DNA of 64,000 bases from Candidatus Giovannonibacteria bacterium RIFCSPHIGHO2_01_FULL_45_24 (GCA_001778495.1 MFHE01000007.1:3996-67995), one strand, 5' to 3'; shown: positions 54,693 to 64,000, counted from the first letter of the stretch. Notes: generated by a model not told the origin, from the letters alone. Made by a program: numbers and translations.

Positions 54693-55585
54693 TATTGCAA
54701 ATTTAATTCTTTAAGCGCGCTTTCCAAAATCGGTTTTATGTCCGAATACATCTTAAGCTCCCTGACTTCGTCCAAAGCGAACCACCTGGTGTCGTCCAAA
54801 CCTCCAGAACTTTCCAGTTTTAATTCTTTCTCTTTGGTTTCCGCCAAAAAATAATTGACTCGGCGCCTCGTAGGGCCGGTCTCCGGGTCTGATGCGATAT
54901 ATTCGTTCTCCCCTATTTTTTTAACTAATTTCAGATTTTTAATTCCCAATTCTTCTTTAATTTCACGCTCTGTGCCAGCCGCCACATCTTCTCCTTTTTC
55001 CAGATGCCCCTTGGAAAAGGTCCAGTATCCAAATACGTCGTGCACCAAAGCAAATAAAACCTTGTCGTCATCTTTCCTAATCACCACCGCTCCGCCCAAA
55101 TCCTCTTTGGGCAATTTTTCCAAATCCAGCTCGTACTTTTGTTTTTTTGCGGTGTCATCTTTGCCGGGCTCGCCGAGCTCGCGGTAAATCGTACCCAAAA
55201 CGCCGTTGACGAATCTGCCGGACGAATCGCCCCCGAAGCTTTTAGCAAGCTCAATCGCCTCGTTTATGGCCACCTTTGGCGGAACCTCCTTGTGGTTGCT
55301 GAAAAGAAGCTCATAAATTCCGACGCGCAGCACATTTCTGTCCACGGGAGCAATTTGGGATATCGGCCAGTCGGGCGCCGCTTTTTCCATTATGCCGTCT
55401 ATTTCTTTTTGCTTTTTTACAACGCCTTCGGCGAGCTTTTTCGCGAATCCGCCGTCGTCCAGACCCGGGCCGAATTCGTTCAGGTCGCGTTCCAAAATGG
55501 CCCTGATGTTTCTTCGGCCTTCGTTGAAGTCCCACTCAAAAAGGGACTGCATGGCTATGGATCGCGAAAGGTGCCTATTGGCCAT
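54692..55585 (-). CDS. nusB: NusB antitermination factor fused to a C-terminal Nudix hydrolase domain
   Basis: 297 aa. The N-terminal ~140 aa is NusB-like ([13 protein letters not shown]...[10 protein letters not shown]). The C-terminus has a perfect Nudix box, [23 protein letters not shown]. Confidence 0.85.
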   Translation of the reverse strand: MANRHLSRSIAMQSLFEWDFNEGRRNIRAILERDLNEFGPGLDDGGFAKKLAEGVVKKQKEIDGIMEKAAPDWPISQIAPVDRNVLRVGIYELLFSNHKEVPPKVAINEAIELAKSFGGDSSGRFVNGVLGTIYRELGEPGKDDTAKKQKYELDLEKLPKEDLGGAVVIRKDDDKVLFALVHDVFGYWTFSKGHLEKGEDVAAGTEREIKEELGIKNLKLVKKIGENEYIASDPETGPTRRRVNYFLAETKEKELKLESSGGLDDTRWFALDEVRELKMYSDIKPILESALKELNLQ

Positions 55586-55811
55586 CGTGGCTGTGAATTT
55601 CTTTTTCTTTTTCTTTCCTCTCTTTTTTAGAAAGTTTTTTAAGCACGTCCACTGCCTCTTTTCCTTTATAAAACCCGCAGTTTTTGCAAACGGTATGCGG
55701 CAATGCTTTCACGCCGCACTTGGGGCACTTTATCAAAGAGGCCGGGGCAAGCGCGTGGTGCGACCTGCGATTTTTAGTGTGCGAGGGCGTATGGCGCATT
55801 CGGACAGTCAT
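55575..55811 (-). CDS. rpmF: Ribosomal protein L32
   Basis: [15 protein letters not shown]...CPKCG...CKNCGFYKG. Confidence 0.9.
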   Translation of the reverse strand: MTVRMRHTPSHTKNRRSHHALAPASLIKCPKCGVKALPHTVCKNCGFYKGKEAVDVLKKLSKKERKEKEKEIHSHDGQ

Positions 55812-55850
55812 GGTAATAAATATAACTCATGCCGACAGGTATTGCAATGG

Positions 55851-55882
55851 AAATAAAAACAGCCCGCTAAACTGCGCGGGCT
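55851..55882 (-). terminator. Intrinsic terminator overlapping the stop of the 178-aa orphan
   Basis: AGCCCGC-taaactgc-GCGGGCT, followed on the minus strand by gtttttattt. Confidence 0.7.
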
Positions 55883-56403
55883 TCTGGAGGTATCGGGGGG
55901 ACAATGTAAATGTAGATAATTAAAAGGAGCACGCTGATCATGAACGTTGCTATGCTTATCGGTAGCCAAGCCGAGTAACGCGGTCGCCATTTCGGGAAAA
56001 CCAGCAGGTATTCACCTGCCCGTTCTACGCTTTGTATCCCGAAGATGTCCTGCCATTGGGTTATTAGAAACCTGCGCGAAGTCCAGTACGGAATCCCGCC
56101 GTCAGCAAGCATATAACTGACGACCACCGTTCTGCTGAAAACATCGCTCCAGTGTTCTACGGAAACGACTATCTTTTGAGCGTTTTGGCTCCTTTGCCAA
56201 AATTCTTTGCCTCCCTCTCGTACGCCACCTAATTTGACTTCAGAAGCTCCGTGAAATTCTGCCTGGCCGCTGAAACCCTCCGGCAGAATCGGCCCCAGAC
56301 GAACTGGCTCCGGTAGCGGCTGTTGGATGTCCTGATAAGCAAAATAGCCGAATTGGATCGCCGCAATGAGCAAAAGTGCCCCCATGTTCCGAAACATCTT
56401 CAT
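55867..56403 (-). CDS. Hypothetical protein with N- and C-terminal TM helices (SD-bearing orphan)
   Basis: 178 aa. AGGAGGAGGA lies 5 nt before the ATG. No family recognised. Confidence 0.55.
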   Translation of the reverse strand: MKMFRNMGALLLIAAIQFGYFAYQDIQQPLPEPVRLGPILPEGFSGQAEFHGASEVKLGGVREGGKEFWQRSQNAQKIVVSVEHWSDVFSRTVVVSYMLADGGIPYWTSRRFLITQWQDIFGIQSVERAGEYLLVFPKWRPRYSAWLPISIATFMISVLLLIIYIYIVPPIPPEARAV

Positions 56404-56422
56404 AATGTCCTCCTCCTGTTTT

Positions 56423-57019
56423 TTAGACTAACCTAGAACAAAAGCTCCTACGATGAATATCGCATAGTCCGTGCTTTTTTACAAGCTTCTGGTGGAGTTT
56501 TGTGCCGTAGCCCTTATGAAGGTCAAAACGGTACTTTGGAAATTGCTCATGAAGCCGTATCATTTTTTTGTCGCGGTGCGTTTTAGCGACGATTGAAGCG
56601 GCCGCGATAAGCGGCAGTTTCTCGTCGCCTCTTATAATTGTTTCCTGATTTGGATAAGTCCTTGGGGCGCAAAGACTGCCGTCCAGCAAAATCTTGAAAC
56701 TTGGAACATGAAGCTTGTAACCTAATTTTAATTTTTGCAGACAACGCCCAACAGCTAATCGCGCCGCGGCAGTTATGCCGACTCTATCAATTATCTGCGC
56801 GCCAACAGACGCGACCGCAATCTCAAAATTTTTGGTTTTTAAGTTTTGATTTTTAATTTTGAAAAGCCATTTTTCCCTCTGCCCCGCGCTTAATTTTTTA
56901 GAGTCCTTAATCCCGCGCAAATTAATCCTGCCCCGCTTTAAAATCGCGGCGACAGTCACCGGGCCAGCCAAAGGCCCTCTGCCGACTTCGTCCACGCCGA
57001 TAATGTATTTTCTTCCCAT
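56423..57019 (-). CDS. rnhB: Ribonuclease HII
   Basis: 198 aa. IIGVDEVGRGPLAGPV and DSKKLS motifs. Confidence 0.95.
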   Translation of the reverse strand: MGRKYIIGVDEVGRGPLAGPVTVAAILKRGRINLRGIKDSKKLSAGQREKWLFKIKNQNLKTKNFEIAVASVGAQIIDRVGITAAARLAVGRCLQKLKLGYKLHVPSFKILLDGSLCAPRTYPNQETIIRGDEKLPLIAAASIVAKTHRDKKMIRLHEQFPKYRFDLHKGYGTKLHQKLVKKHGLCDIHRRSFCSRLV

Positions 57020-57076
57020 TTGCTTAACTTAAATAATACACCCATATTTTTCATTAAAAAACACACTATACAAAGT

Positions 57077-57101
57077 AAAATAAAAAGCCCCGAATGGGGC
57101 T
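57077..57101 (-). terminator. Intrinsic terminator overlapping the stop of the 151-aa orphan
   Basis: AGCCCC-gaat-GGGGCT, followed on the minus strand by tttttatttt. Confidence 0.75.
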
Positions 57102-57555
57102 ATTCCGGCTCGGATTCCGCTTGCGCTTTCTGATAACGCTCTCTTATAGCGATGAGAATCTTTCTTAAAGAATTATGGACTTTAGCATCGCGCTCGTCAG
57201 CCATCGCGCCGGCTATTTTGCTGGCCGCCAAATCCAGCCGAAAAAGATCAGAATTATGTAAAAACGTCATAGTAGCCTCTAAAAAGGCCGCGGCTCTGTG
57301 CCGATCTTTATTTTTGAAATCATCCAGTACGCAATCGAGCAAATTGAGCACGACTTCCTGCATCGCTTTCCGTTCCTGTGAGCAAAACGCCCTCGCCCAC
57401 ATGTCGCCGAAATAGAGATCGTAAAGAACCCGGAAAGCTTCTGGATCGTGCCGCTCACTTACTTTATCAAAAAGCTGACGCCTTTCTTCCGGCGAGCGTG
57501 CCGCGGCATTCACTGCCACCACTCTCTCAACATCCGCCATTGTCGCTGTAACCAT
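57100..57555 (-). CDS. Hypothetical soluble helical protein (SD-bearing orphan)
   Basis: 151 aa. AAGGAGG lies 4 nt before the ATG. No family recognised. Confidence 0.55.
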   Translation of the reverse strand: MVTATMADVERVVAVNAAARSPEERRQLFDKVSERHDPEAFRVLYDLYFGDMWARAFCSQERKAMQEVVLNLLDCVLDDFKNKDRHRAAAFLEATMTFLHNSDLFRLDLAASKIAGAMADERDAKVHNSLRKILIAIRERYQKAQAESEPE

Positions 57556-57630
57556 AATGCCTCCTTTTTTCCTTATTCTTTCTCTAAAACCAAGCTAGCA
57601 TATCTCCGAATTTTTGTCTAGAATGGCATC

Positions 57631-60600
57631 ATGTCGTTTGTGCATCTTCACACTCACTCGCACTATTCGCTTTTGGACGGCCTTGCCAAAATCGGCGACT
57701 TGGTCGGCGAAGCAAAACAAATGGGCATGCCCGCGATCGCCCTCACCGACCACGGAAATCTTTACGGCGCCGTGGAATTTTACAAGGCCTGCAAAAAAGC
57801 CAGCATAAAACCGATTATCGGACTTGAAGCGTATGTGGCGGCCGGCTCTCTTTACGAAAAACGCCCGGGCGTTGACGACAAACGTTACCACCTGGTCTTG
57901 CTTTCAAAAAATTTTGAAGGATATAAAAATCTGGTAAAGCTGGTCACAGTATCGCATCTGGATGGCTTTTATTACAAGCCCAGGATTGATCGGGAAGTTT
58001 TAAAAAAGCACAGAGAGGGATTAATCGGCCTCTCCGGCTGCATGACCGGGGAAATCCCAAGGGCGCTTCTCTCCGACGACGAAGCCCGGGCGGAAAAATT
58101 GTTGCGCGAATACCAGAATATTTTTGGAGAAAAAAACTTTTTTATAGAAATCGGGAGCCACCCCAACGTCCCGAATTACGAATTCCTCAAAAAACGGCTA
58201 ATTGCTTTTGCGAATAAATTCGGGGCCCCGCTTGTGGCCACCCAGGACGTCCATTATTTAAAAAAGGAAGACGCCTCGGCGCACGACGTGCTTTTGGCAG
58301 TGCAGACTAACACCCGGCTGGATGATGAGGACCGGCTGACGATGAAAGACGATGACTACTCACTCCGAAGCCCGGAAGAGATGCGCGGGCTGTTTTCGGA
58401 CACTCCCGAGGCACCGGAAAACACCTTAAAAATCGCGGGGGAGTGCGGACTGGAGCTCCCGCTTGGCAAAATCCAACTGCCGCATTTTGAGGGGCCTAAA
58501 GGAGAAACGCCGGCCTCTTATTTGACAAAACTCTGTAGAGGAGGCCTGAAAAAAAGATATGGGGCTAGCGCTAGCAGCGAGATAAAAAAACGACTGGGAT
58601 ATGAGCTTTCGGTCATAGAAAAAACCGGGTTCGTTGAATATTTTTTAGTGGTCTGGGATTTTGTCCATTGGGCGAAAATGAATAAAATCGTTGTCGGCCC
58701 CGGCAGAGGATCCGCGGCCGGTTCTTTAATTGCCTATGTTTTGGAAATCACCAACGTTGACCCAATAAAATATAACTTAATTTTTGAAAGGTTCTTAAAC
58801 CCCGCGAGGATAGAGCCGCCGGACATTGACCTTGATTTCGCCGATACCCGGCGCGACGAAGTTATTGAATATGTCGCGCAAAAATACGGAAGGGGCCGCG
58901 TGGCGCAAATTATAACCTTCGGCACAATGGCAGCGCGCGCCGCCATCCGCGACGCTGGCAGAGCGTTAGGCATAGGATTGGCTCTGGCCGACCAGGTCGC
59001 CAAGATGATTCCGTTTAACCCCAACCAGGGCGAGCACGAAGGATACCTCAAACAATGCCTCAAGAGCGTTTCGGACCTCAAAAATATTTACGAAACGAAT
59101 CCCGAAGCGAAACGCATGCTGGATGCCGCCATAAAACTGGAAGGGGTGGCCAGGCACGCTTCAGTGCACGCCTCGGGCGTCGTAATTACCAAAGAGCCGC
59201 TTTCGGACTTAGTGCCCCTGCAGAAAGCGGCTGTGCGCGGAGACGAGGGCGCAAGGCAGGAAACAATTGTCACCCAATACGACATGCACGCGGTTTTGGA
59301 CCTGGGGCTTTTGAAAATGGATTTTCTGGGGCTGAAAAATTTGAGCATAATTGAAAACGCCCTGAATCTCGTAAAAAATCGGCACGGCAAAGAAATTGAC
59401 GTGCAAAATCTTAATTTAGACGACCCTGGTCCCTACAAAATGCTGGGCGAAGGCAAAACCGTGGGTGTGTTTCAGCTTGAAGGCAGCGGGATGACAAGGT
59501 ATTTAAAAGAACTGGGGCCGACGAGCATTGAAGACATTATCGCCATGATTTCGCTTTTCCGCCCGGGGCCGATGGAGCTAATCCCCTCTTTTATCGCAAG
59601 GAAGCACGGCCAAGAAAAAGTCGCGTACCTCCATCCGAAACTTGAACCGATTCTGAAAAACACCTACGGCATAGCCGTTTATCAGGAACAGCTCATGCAA
59701 ATAGCGAGAGATTTGGCGGGATTCACGATGGCCGAGGCCGATATTTTGCGCAAAGCCATCGGCAAAAAAATCAGGAAACTTTTGGAGGAGCAGAAAGAAA
59801 AATTCGTCGCCGGAATGATAATAAACAAAATCCCTCCGACAACCGCGAAAGAGCTCGGCGAGCTTTTGGAGCCCTTTTCCAGATACGGCTTCAACAGGTC
59901 CCACGCCGCCTCCTACGCCATGCTGGGTTTCCAGACCGCTTATCTGAAATATTATTATCCCCTGGAATTTATGACCGCGCTTTTTAACGCCGACAAAAAA
60001 GACACCGATCGCATCGCCTTTTTGATAAAAGAATGCAAAGGCATGGGGCTGGCGGTGCTTCCGCCGACCGTCAACCAAAGCGATAAAATTTTCGCGATCC
60101 CGGAAAATTCCAAAAAGGAAATACGTTTCGGGCTCTCCTCCATTAAAAACGTGGGGGAAGGCGTAGTCCGTGCAATTATTGACGAGAGAAAAAAGAACGG
60201 TCCCTACAAATCTCTGGCTGATTTTCTGGAAAGGGCCGAATCAAAGGATCTAAATAAAAAATCCATGGAATCACTGGCCAAGGCCGGGGCTCTGGACGAA
60301 CTAGGCGAAAGAAACGGGATTTTGGCGAATATGGACAGAATTTTGGAATACGCCAAATCCTCGCATCTGGCTTCCTCCGCCAGCCAATCCTCGCTCTTTA
60401 GCGTAATGCCTGATAAAACATCAGTCCCGCCGCTCCGATTGGAAAAAGCTTGGCCGGCCACGCTGGACGAAAGATTGAATTGGGAAAAAGAGCTTTTGGG
60501 GCTCTACATATCCGGACACCCCCTGGAAAAAGCGCGAGCGAAGCTTGCCAATCAAAATCTTCTTACAATAGAGGATTTCAAAAACAAAAAGCCGGCTTCT

Positions 60601-60840
60601 CCGGTGACTTTAGCGGCGCTTATATCGCAAACGCGCCGGATTTTCACGAAAACCGGCGAATCAATGTATTTTTTGAAATTGCAGGACACAACCGATGAAA
60701 TTGAGGCGGTTGTTTTCCCGCGGGCGCTCCGCGACGCCGCCGAGCACATCTTGGAAAACAACTGCGTCGCCATCCGCGGCAAATACTCCTTCCGCAACGG
60801 CTCCCCCTCCATCATTGCGGAAGAGATTAAAAAAATATAA
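57631..60840 (+). CDS. dnaE: DNA polymerase III alpha subunit
   Basis: 1069 aa. PHP domain FVHLHTHSHYSLLDG, a polymerase core, and a C-terminal OB fold. Confidence 0.97.
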   Translation: MSFVHLHTHSHYSLLDGLAKIGDLVGEAKQMGMPAIALTDHGNLYGAVEFYKACKKASIKPIIGLEAYVAAGSLYEKRPGVDDKRYHLVLLSKNFEGYKNLVKLVTVSHLDGFYYKPRIDREVLKKHREGLIGLSGCMTGEIPRALLSDDEARAEKLLREYQNIFGEKNFFIEIGSHPNVPNYEFLKKRLIAFANKFGAPLVATQDVHYLKKEDASAHDVLLAVQTNTRLDDEDRLTMKDDDYSLRSPEEMRGLFSDTPEAPENTLKIAGECGLELPLGKIQLPHFEGPKGETPASYLTKLCRGGLKKRYGASASSEIKKRLGYELSVIEKTGFVEYFLVVWDFVHWAKMNKIVVGPGRGSAAGSLIAYVLEITNVDPIKYNLIFERFLNPARIEPPDIDLDFADTRRDEVIEYVAQKYGRGRVAQIITFGTMAARAAIRDAGRALGIGLALADQVAKMIPFNPNQGEHEGYLKQCLKSVSDLKNIYETNPEAKRMLDAAIKLEGVARHASVHASGVVITKEPLSDLVPLQKAAVRGDEGARQETIVTQYDMHAVLDLGLLKMDFLGLKNLSIIENALNLVKNRHGKEIDVQNLNLDDPGPYKMLGEGKTVGVFQLEGSGMTRYLKELGPTSIEDIIAMISLFRPGPMELIPSFIARKHGQEKVAYLHPKLEPILKNTYGIAVYQEQLMQIARDLAGFTMAEADILRKAIGKKIRKLLEEQKEKFVAGMIINKIPPTTAKELGELLEPFSRYGFNRSHAASYAMLGFQTAYLKYYYPLEFMTALFNADKKDTDRIAFLIKECKGMGLAVLPPTVNQSDKIFAIPENSKKEIRFGLSSIKNVGEGVVRAIIDERKKNGPYKSLADFLERAESKDLNKKSMESLAKAGALDELGERNGILANMDRILEYAKSSHLASSASQSSLFSVMPDKTSVPPLRLEKAWPATLDERLNWEKELLGLYISGHPLEKARAKLANQNLLTIEDFKNKKPASPVTLAALISQTRRIFTKTGESMYFLKLQDTTDEIEAVVFPRALRDAAEHILENNCVAIRGKYSFRNGSPSIIAEEIKKI

Positions 60841-60849
60841 AATAAGTAA

Positions 60850-62049
60850 ATGCCCGAAAGCAAGAGAAAGCGCCGCGACCATAGGGAACTGGGCCAGGAA
60901 ATGGACCTTTTTTCGTTTCATGAAATCGCGCCGGGGGCGCCTTTTTGGCACCCAAAAGGCATGATAATTTTCAGAGAGCTTGAGAAAAAAGCGCGCGAAA
61001 TCAACGACCGCGAAGGATACGACGAAATTTCAACGCCGATTTTGGTAAAAAAGGAGGTTTTTGAAAAATCAGGCCATTGGGAGCATTACCGCGACAATAT
61101 GTTCTGGTTCAAAAATCCAGTGGACGAAAACGAGGTTTTGGCCATAAAGCCGATGAATTGCCCCGAGTCAACTTATGTTTATAATTCCGAAATCAGAAGC
61201 TACCGCGATCTGCCGCTTCGGCTTGCCGAAATCGGCCGGCTTCACAGAAACGAGCTTTCAGGAACTTTGGGCGGACTTTTCCGCGTGCGGCAAATCACGA
61301 TGGACGACGCCCATGTTTTCGTGCGTCCGGACCAAACTTCGGAAGAAATTTTCAATACACTAAAAATAATCAGCGATTTTTATGAAATGCTTGGTTTTGA
61401 ACCTCGGTATTTTTTAGCCACGCGCCCCAAAAAAGCTTTGGGAGACAAAAAGGCATGGGATATGGCCGAGAACGCGCTGAAAGAAGCGCTAAAAAAAGCA
61501 AAAATAAAATACGAAGTCGCAGAGGGCGAGGGCGCTTTTTACGGACCCAAAGTGGAAGTTCATATTAAAGACAGCCAAGGGCGGGATTGGCAGCTTGGAA
61601 CCGCCCAGCTGGATTTGGTTATGCTTCCGGAAAAATTTGATCTGGCTTACATAGACGAAAACGGCGCGCGTCAAAAACCAATGGTTATACACCGCGCGAT
61701 TTTCGGGTCATTTGAAAGATTTATCGGAATTTTACTTGAACACTTTGACGGCGCGCTCCCATTTTGGCTGTCCCCAACTCAAGTCGCCGTTCTGACAATA
61801 AACGAAAAGGTTTCGGACTACGCTAAAAAGGTTTATAAAGAGCTTAAAGCAAAAAATATCCGCGTTGAGCTGGACTCGCGCAACGAAACCATCGCCAAAA
61901 AAATCAGGGATGCCGAAGTCCAGCGCGTCCCTTATCTTTTGGTGATTGGCGAAAAAGAAATTAAAGAGAATAAAGTTGCCGTCCGCGAGCGCGACAAAGG
62001 GGACTTGGGGGCAAAAACTCTTGAGGAATTTTTAAAAATGATAAAATAA
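60850..62049 (+). CDS. thrS: Threonyl-tRNA synthetase, catalytic + anticodon-binding domains only
   Basis: 399 aa. Begins at the RDHRELGQEMDLF segment and has class II motifs (RLAEIGRLHRNE, FYGPKVE). No TGS or editing domain. Confidence 0.9.
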   Translation: MPESKRKRRDHRELGQEMDLFSFHEIAPGAPFWHPKGMIIFRELEKKAREINDREGYDEISTPILVKKEVFEKSGHWEHYRDNMFWFKNPVDENEVLAIKPMNCPESTYVYNSEIRSYRDLPLRLAEIGRLHRNELSGTLGGLFRVRQITMDDAHVFVRPDQTSEEIFNTLKIISDFYEMLGFEPRYFLATRPKKALGDKKAWDMAENALKEALKKAKIKYEVAEGEGAFYGPKVEVHIKDSQGRDWQLGTAQLDLVMLPEKFDLAYIDENGARQKPMVIHRAIFGSFERFIGILLEHFDGALPFWLSPTQVAVLTINEKVSDYAKKVYKELKAKNIRVELDSRNETIAKKIRDAEVQRVPYLLVIGEKEIKENKVAVRERDKGDLGAKTLEEFLKMIK

Positions 62050-62064
62050 AACAGCGGCCTGTGT

Positions 62065-62448
62065 CTACAAGCCGCGCACATGCTGGGCCGCCTTCCAAAA
62101 ATCGCTAAGTTCTTGCTGTCGGATTTCGTCTTCTGCAGCTGCCTCCAGCAACGCATCCTCGATAACTGCCTGCGGGATTGATGAAGCAACCGACGAATTC
62201 AATCCAATTTCCTCAAGAATATTGAGAAAACTTATGGTGTCCAGACACTCAATACAAGCGGCTTTCTCGTCCGGATAGTAATCAATGCGTTGGCAGCCAT
62301 GTTGCGAATGAACACGCTCCTGCCTAAAAAATCTTCGCTCCGTTGAAGTTTTCGGCGCGTCCAGCACCAATTCAGACAGGCCCAAGGCGTCGCTTAGGCC
62401 AAGCGGCAAATCGCGAATATTCAAAACCTTAAATTTTTTAATTGACAT
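62065..62448 (-). CDS. Hypothetical 127-aa protein (SD-bearing orphan)
   Basis: Start placed at MSIKKF, preceded by AGGAGGA at 7 nt. No family recognised. Confidence 0.5.
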   Translation of the reverse strand: MSIKKFKVLNIRDLPLGLSDALGLSELVLDAPKTSTERRFFRQERVHSQHGCQRIDYYPDEKAACIECLDTISFLNILEEIGLNSSVASSIPQAVIEDALLEAAAEDEIRQQELSDFWKAAQHVRGL

Positions 62449-62480
62449 ATAACTATCCTCCTGATTCAATACTAGCAAAA

Positions 62481-63407
62481 ATGATAAAAAAACGCAAACT
62501 CATCATAATTGTCGGGCCGAATGCCTCGGGGAAATCGGAGTTGGGAGTAAAATTGGCCAAAAAATTAAACGGTGAGATTATCTCCACCGACTCGCGGCAG
62601 GTATATAAGGGGCTTAACGTCGGTTCCGGAAAAATCACAAAAAAAGAGATGCGCGGGGTGCGGCACCACTGCTTGAGCGTCGCCAATCCGAAAAAAGTTT
62701 TTACCGCACTGGATTTTAAAAAATGCGCAGAGAAAGCAATCGCTACGATATATCGTAGCGGCAAAACGCCGATAATAGTCGGCGGCGCCGGTTTTTATAT
62801 TGACGCGGCGCTAGGCCGCGTGAAATTGGGCGGGGTGCCGCCGAATTTTAAACTTCGCAAACGACTTTCCAAAAAATCCGCTCTGGAGCTTTTGAAAATA
62901 CTTAAAAAACTTGACCCGAAACGCGCAAAAACTATTGAACAGAAAAACCCCCGGCGGTTGATAAGGGCGATTGAGATTGCTTTGCTGAAAAAAAAGTGCC
63001 GTGGTGTTAATTTTGCGGGTTTTGCGAGCACGCAACCCCGAGGACCGCTTGGTGGTCGCGAGGAAAGCAAAATTAATACCGCGGCACTGGTATGGATCGG
63101 AATAAGGCGCCCGCCGGAAGAACTAAAAAAACGAATCCGTGCGCGCTTAAACAAACGCCTCCCAAACATTATCCGCGAAGTAAAAAGGCTCCGTCGCGGA
63201 GGCCTAAGCTGGAAACGGCTTTATGATTTGGGACTGGAATACCGCTATGTTTCACTTTATTTACAAAAGAAACTATCTAAAGATGAAATGGTACAAAAAA
63301 TCCTCACCGAATCCTGGCATTATGCCAAACGCCAGATGACTTGGTTCAAGCGCAACAAAAAAATTAGGTGGATTCCTAACCCAAAATCTTTGCCAACAAT
63401 TCTTTGA
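62481..63407 (+). CDS. miaA: tRNA dimethylallyltransferase MiaA
   Basis: P-loop IIIVGPNASGKSELG, and STDSRQVYKGLNVGSGK. Start set at the internal MIKKRK. Confidence 0.9.
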   Translation: MIKKRKLIIIVGPNASGKSELGVKLAKKLNGEIISTDSRQVYKGLNVGSGKITKKEMRGVRHHCLSVANPKKVFTALDFKKCAEKAIATIYRSGKTPIIVGGAGFYIDAALGRVKLGGVPPNFKLRKRLSKKSALELLKILKKLDPKRAKTIEQKNPRRLIRAIEIALLKKKCRGVNFAGFASTQPRGPLGGREESKINTAALVWIGIRRPPEELKKRIRARLNKRLPNIIREVKRLRRGGLSWKRLYDLGLEYRYVSLYLQKKLSKDEMVQKILTESWHYAKRQMTWFKRNKKIRWIPNPKSLPTIL

Positions 63408-64000
63408 TTTTATCTGGGTTTGAAGCGCCTTTGGTTTCTCTCATTACTTGACCCATCAAAAATTGGAGAGATTGCTGTTTCCCTTTTTTATAATCTTCAA
63501 CCGCTTTCTGGTTTTCAGAAATAATTTTTTTGGCGATTTCCAAAAGAGCGACTTCGTCCCCTACTTGCTTGAGTCCCTTGGATTCTATAATTGTTGAGGG
63601 GTCGCAGCCCCGCTCAACCATAACGCGCAAAACGTCTTTGGCGACGCGCGAAGTGATTTCCTTTTTATAAATCATTTTAATCAGCTCCGCGAAATTTTCC
63701 GGACTCATCAAAAGCTCGTCCGGCGAAATTTCTTTTTCTTTAATAAGGCCGAGAAAATCGGAAGTAAAATAATTAGCAGCCAATTTCATGGCTTCAAGGA
63801 ATTTTTTTGGGTTTTCCTCTCCCATCCAATCTCTCAACTCCGAAATAACTTTTTCCCAAAAAGCGGCAAGCGAGCGTTCACTAACCAGAGTTTCAACTAA
63901 ATCAGCCGAAATTCCGTATTCCTCTGTAAATCTCTTTCTTTTTTGCTCCGGCAGTTCGGGGATAGTCGCACGCAGTTTTTCAATGTATTCATCAGAAAAC
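63376..64000 (-). CDS. gatB: Asp/Glu-tRNA amidotransferase subunit B, C-terminal part (5' end beyond window)
   Basis: The frame stays open to the window edge. GatB/YqeY tail: KQQSLQFLMGQVMRETKGASNPDKIKELL. Confidence 0.85.
   Translation of the reverse strand, partial: FSDEYIEKLRATIPELPEQKRKRFTEEYGISADLVETLVSERSLAAFWEKVISELRDWMGEENPKKFLEAMKLAANYFTSDFLGLIKEKEISPDELLMSPENFAELIKMIYKKEITSRVAKDVLRVMVERGCDPSTIIESKGLKQVGDEVALLEIAKKIISENQKAVEDYKKGKQQSLQFLMGQVMRETKGASNPDKIKELLAKILG

Noticed and set aside
1-64000. A CRISPR array or cas operon, prompted by the Cas2-like domains.
   Set aside because: No regularly spaced direct repeats were found anywhere in the window, and no other cas genes.

Overview
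This 64-kb window looks like a streamlined, gene-dense bacterial chromosome, and its style suggests a CPR/Patescibacteria (Parcubacteria-like) genome; that attribution is an inference. The supporting signs are many shortened housekeeping proteins, almost no Shine-Dalgarno (SD) sequences on core genes, and promoters placed just before start codons. Most genes are on the minus strand. The clearly recognisable core genes are: dnaB, cysS, rplI, rpmA, gltX; a partial dcw cluster (mraY, amidohydrolase, ftsW, murG); a D-Ala-D-Ala carboxypeptidase; scpB, scpA, aspS; hrcA-grpE-dnaK-dnaJ with a CIRCE operator; rpsI-rplM-rplQ-rpoA-rpsD-rpsK-rpsM-rpmJ-infA; alaS, mnmA, smc, rnc, a nusB-Nudix fusion, rpmF, rnhB, dnaE, thrS, miaA, a partial gatB, and one tRNA-Lys(UUU). 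Accessory content is: (1) an AT-rich type II restriction-modification island abutting cysS; (2) a tightly coupled operon of an E1/ThiF-like (Rv1355c-type) protein, an orphan 326-aa protein, an Acg-type nitroreductase and a sensor kinase; (3) a GC-richer TraT-like lipoprotein gene beside the tRNA; (4) a small variable region between hrcA and rpsI, holding three tiny self-contained genes and an overlapping retropepsin-like/small-partner pair; (5) two paralogous wHTH + Cas2-like (PaaX-like) genes associated with CGATCG-centred palindromes; (6) a plus-strand thiol-redox/copper island (DUF1573-like, CcdA-like, VKOR, and a P1B-ATPase with CPD instead of CPC). A further pattern is a scattered set of orphan genes that, unlike the core genes, carry strong AGGAGG SD sites, and several also have private hairpin terminators. 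I found no CRISPR array, rRNA, transposase or integrase. All family assignments come from reading motifs by eye, with no database search.
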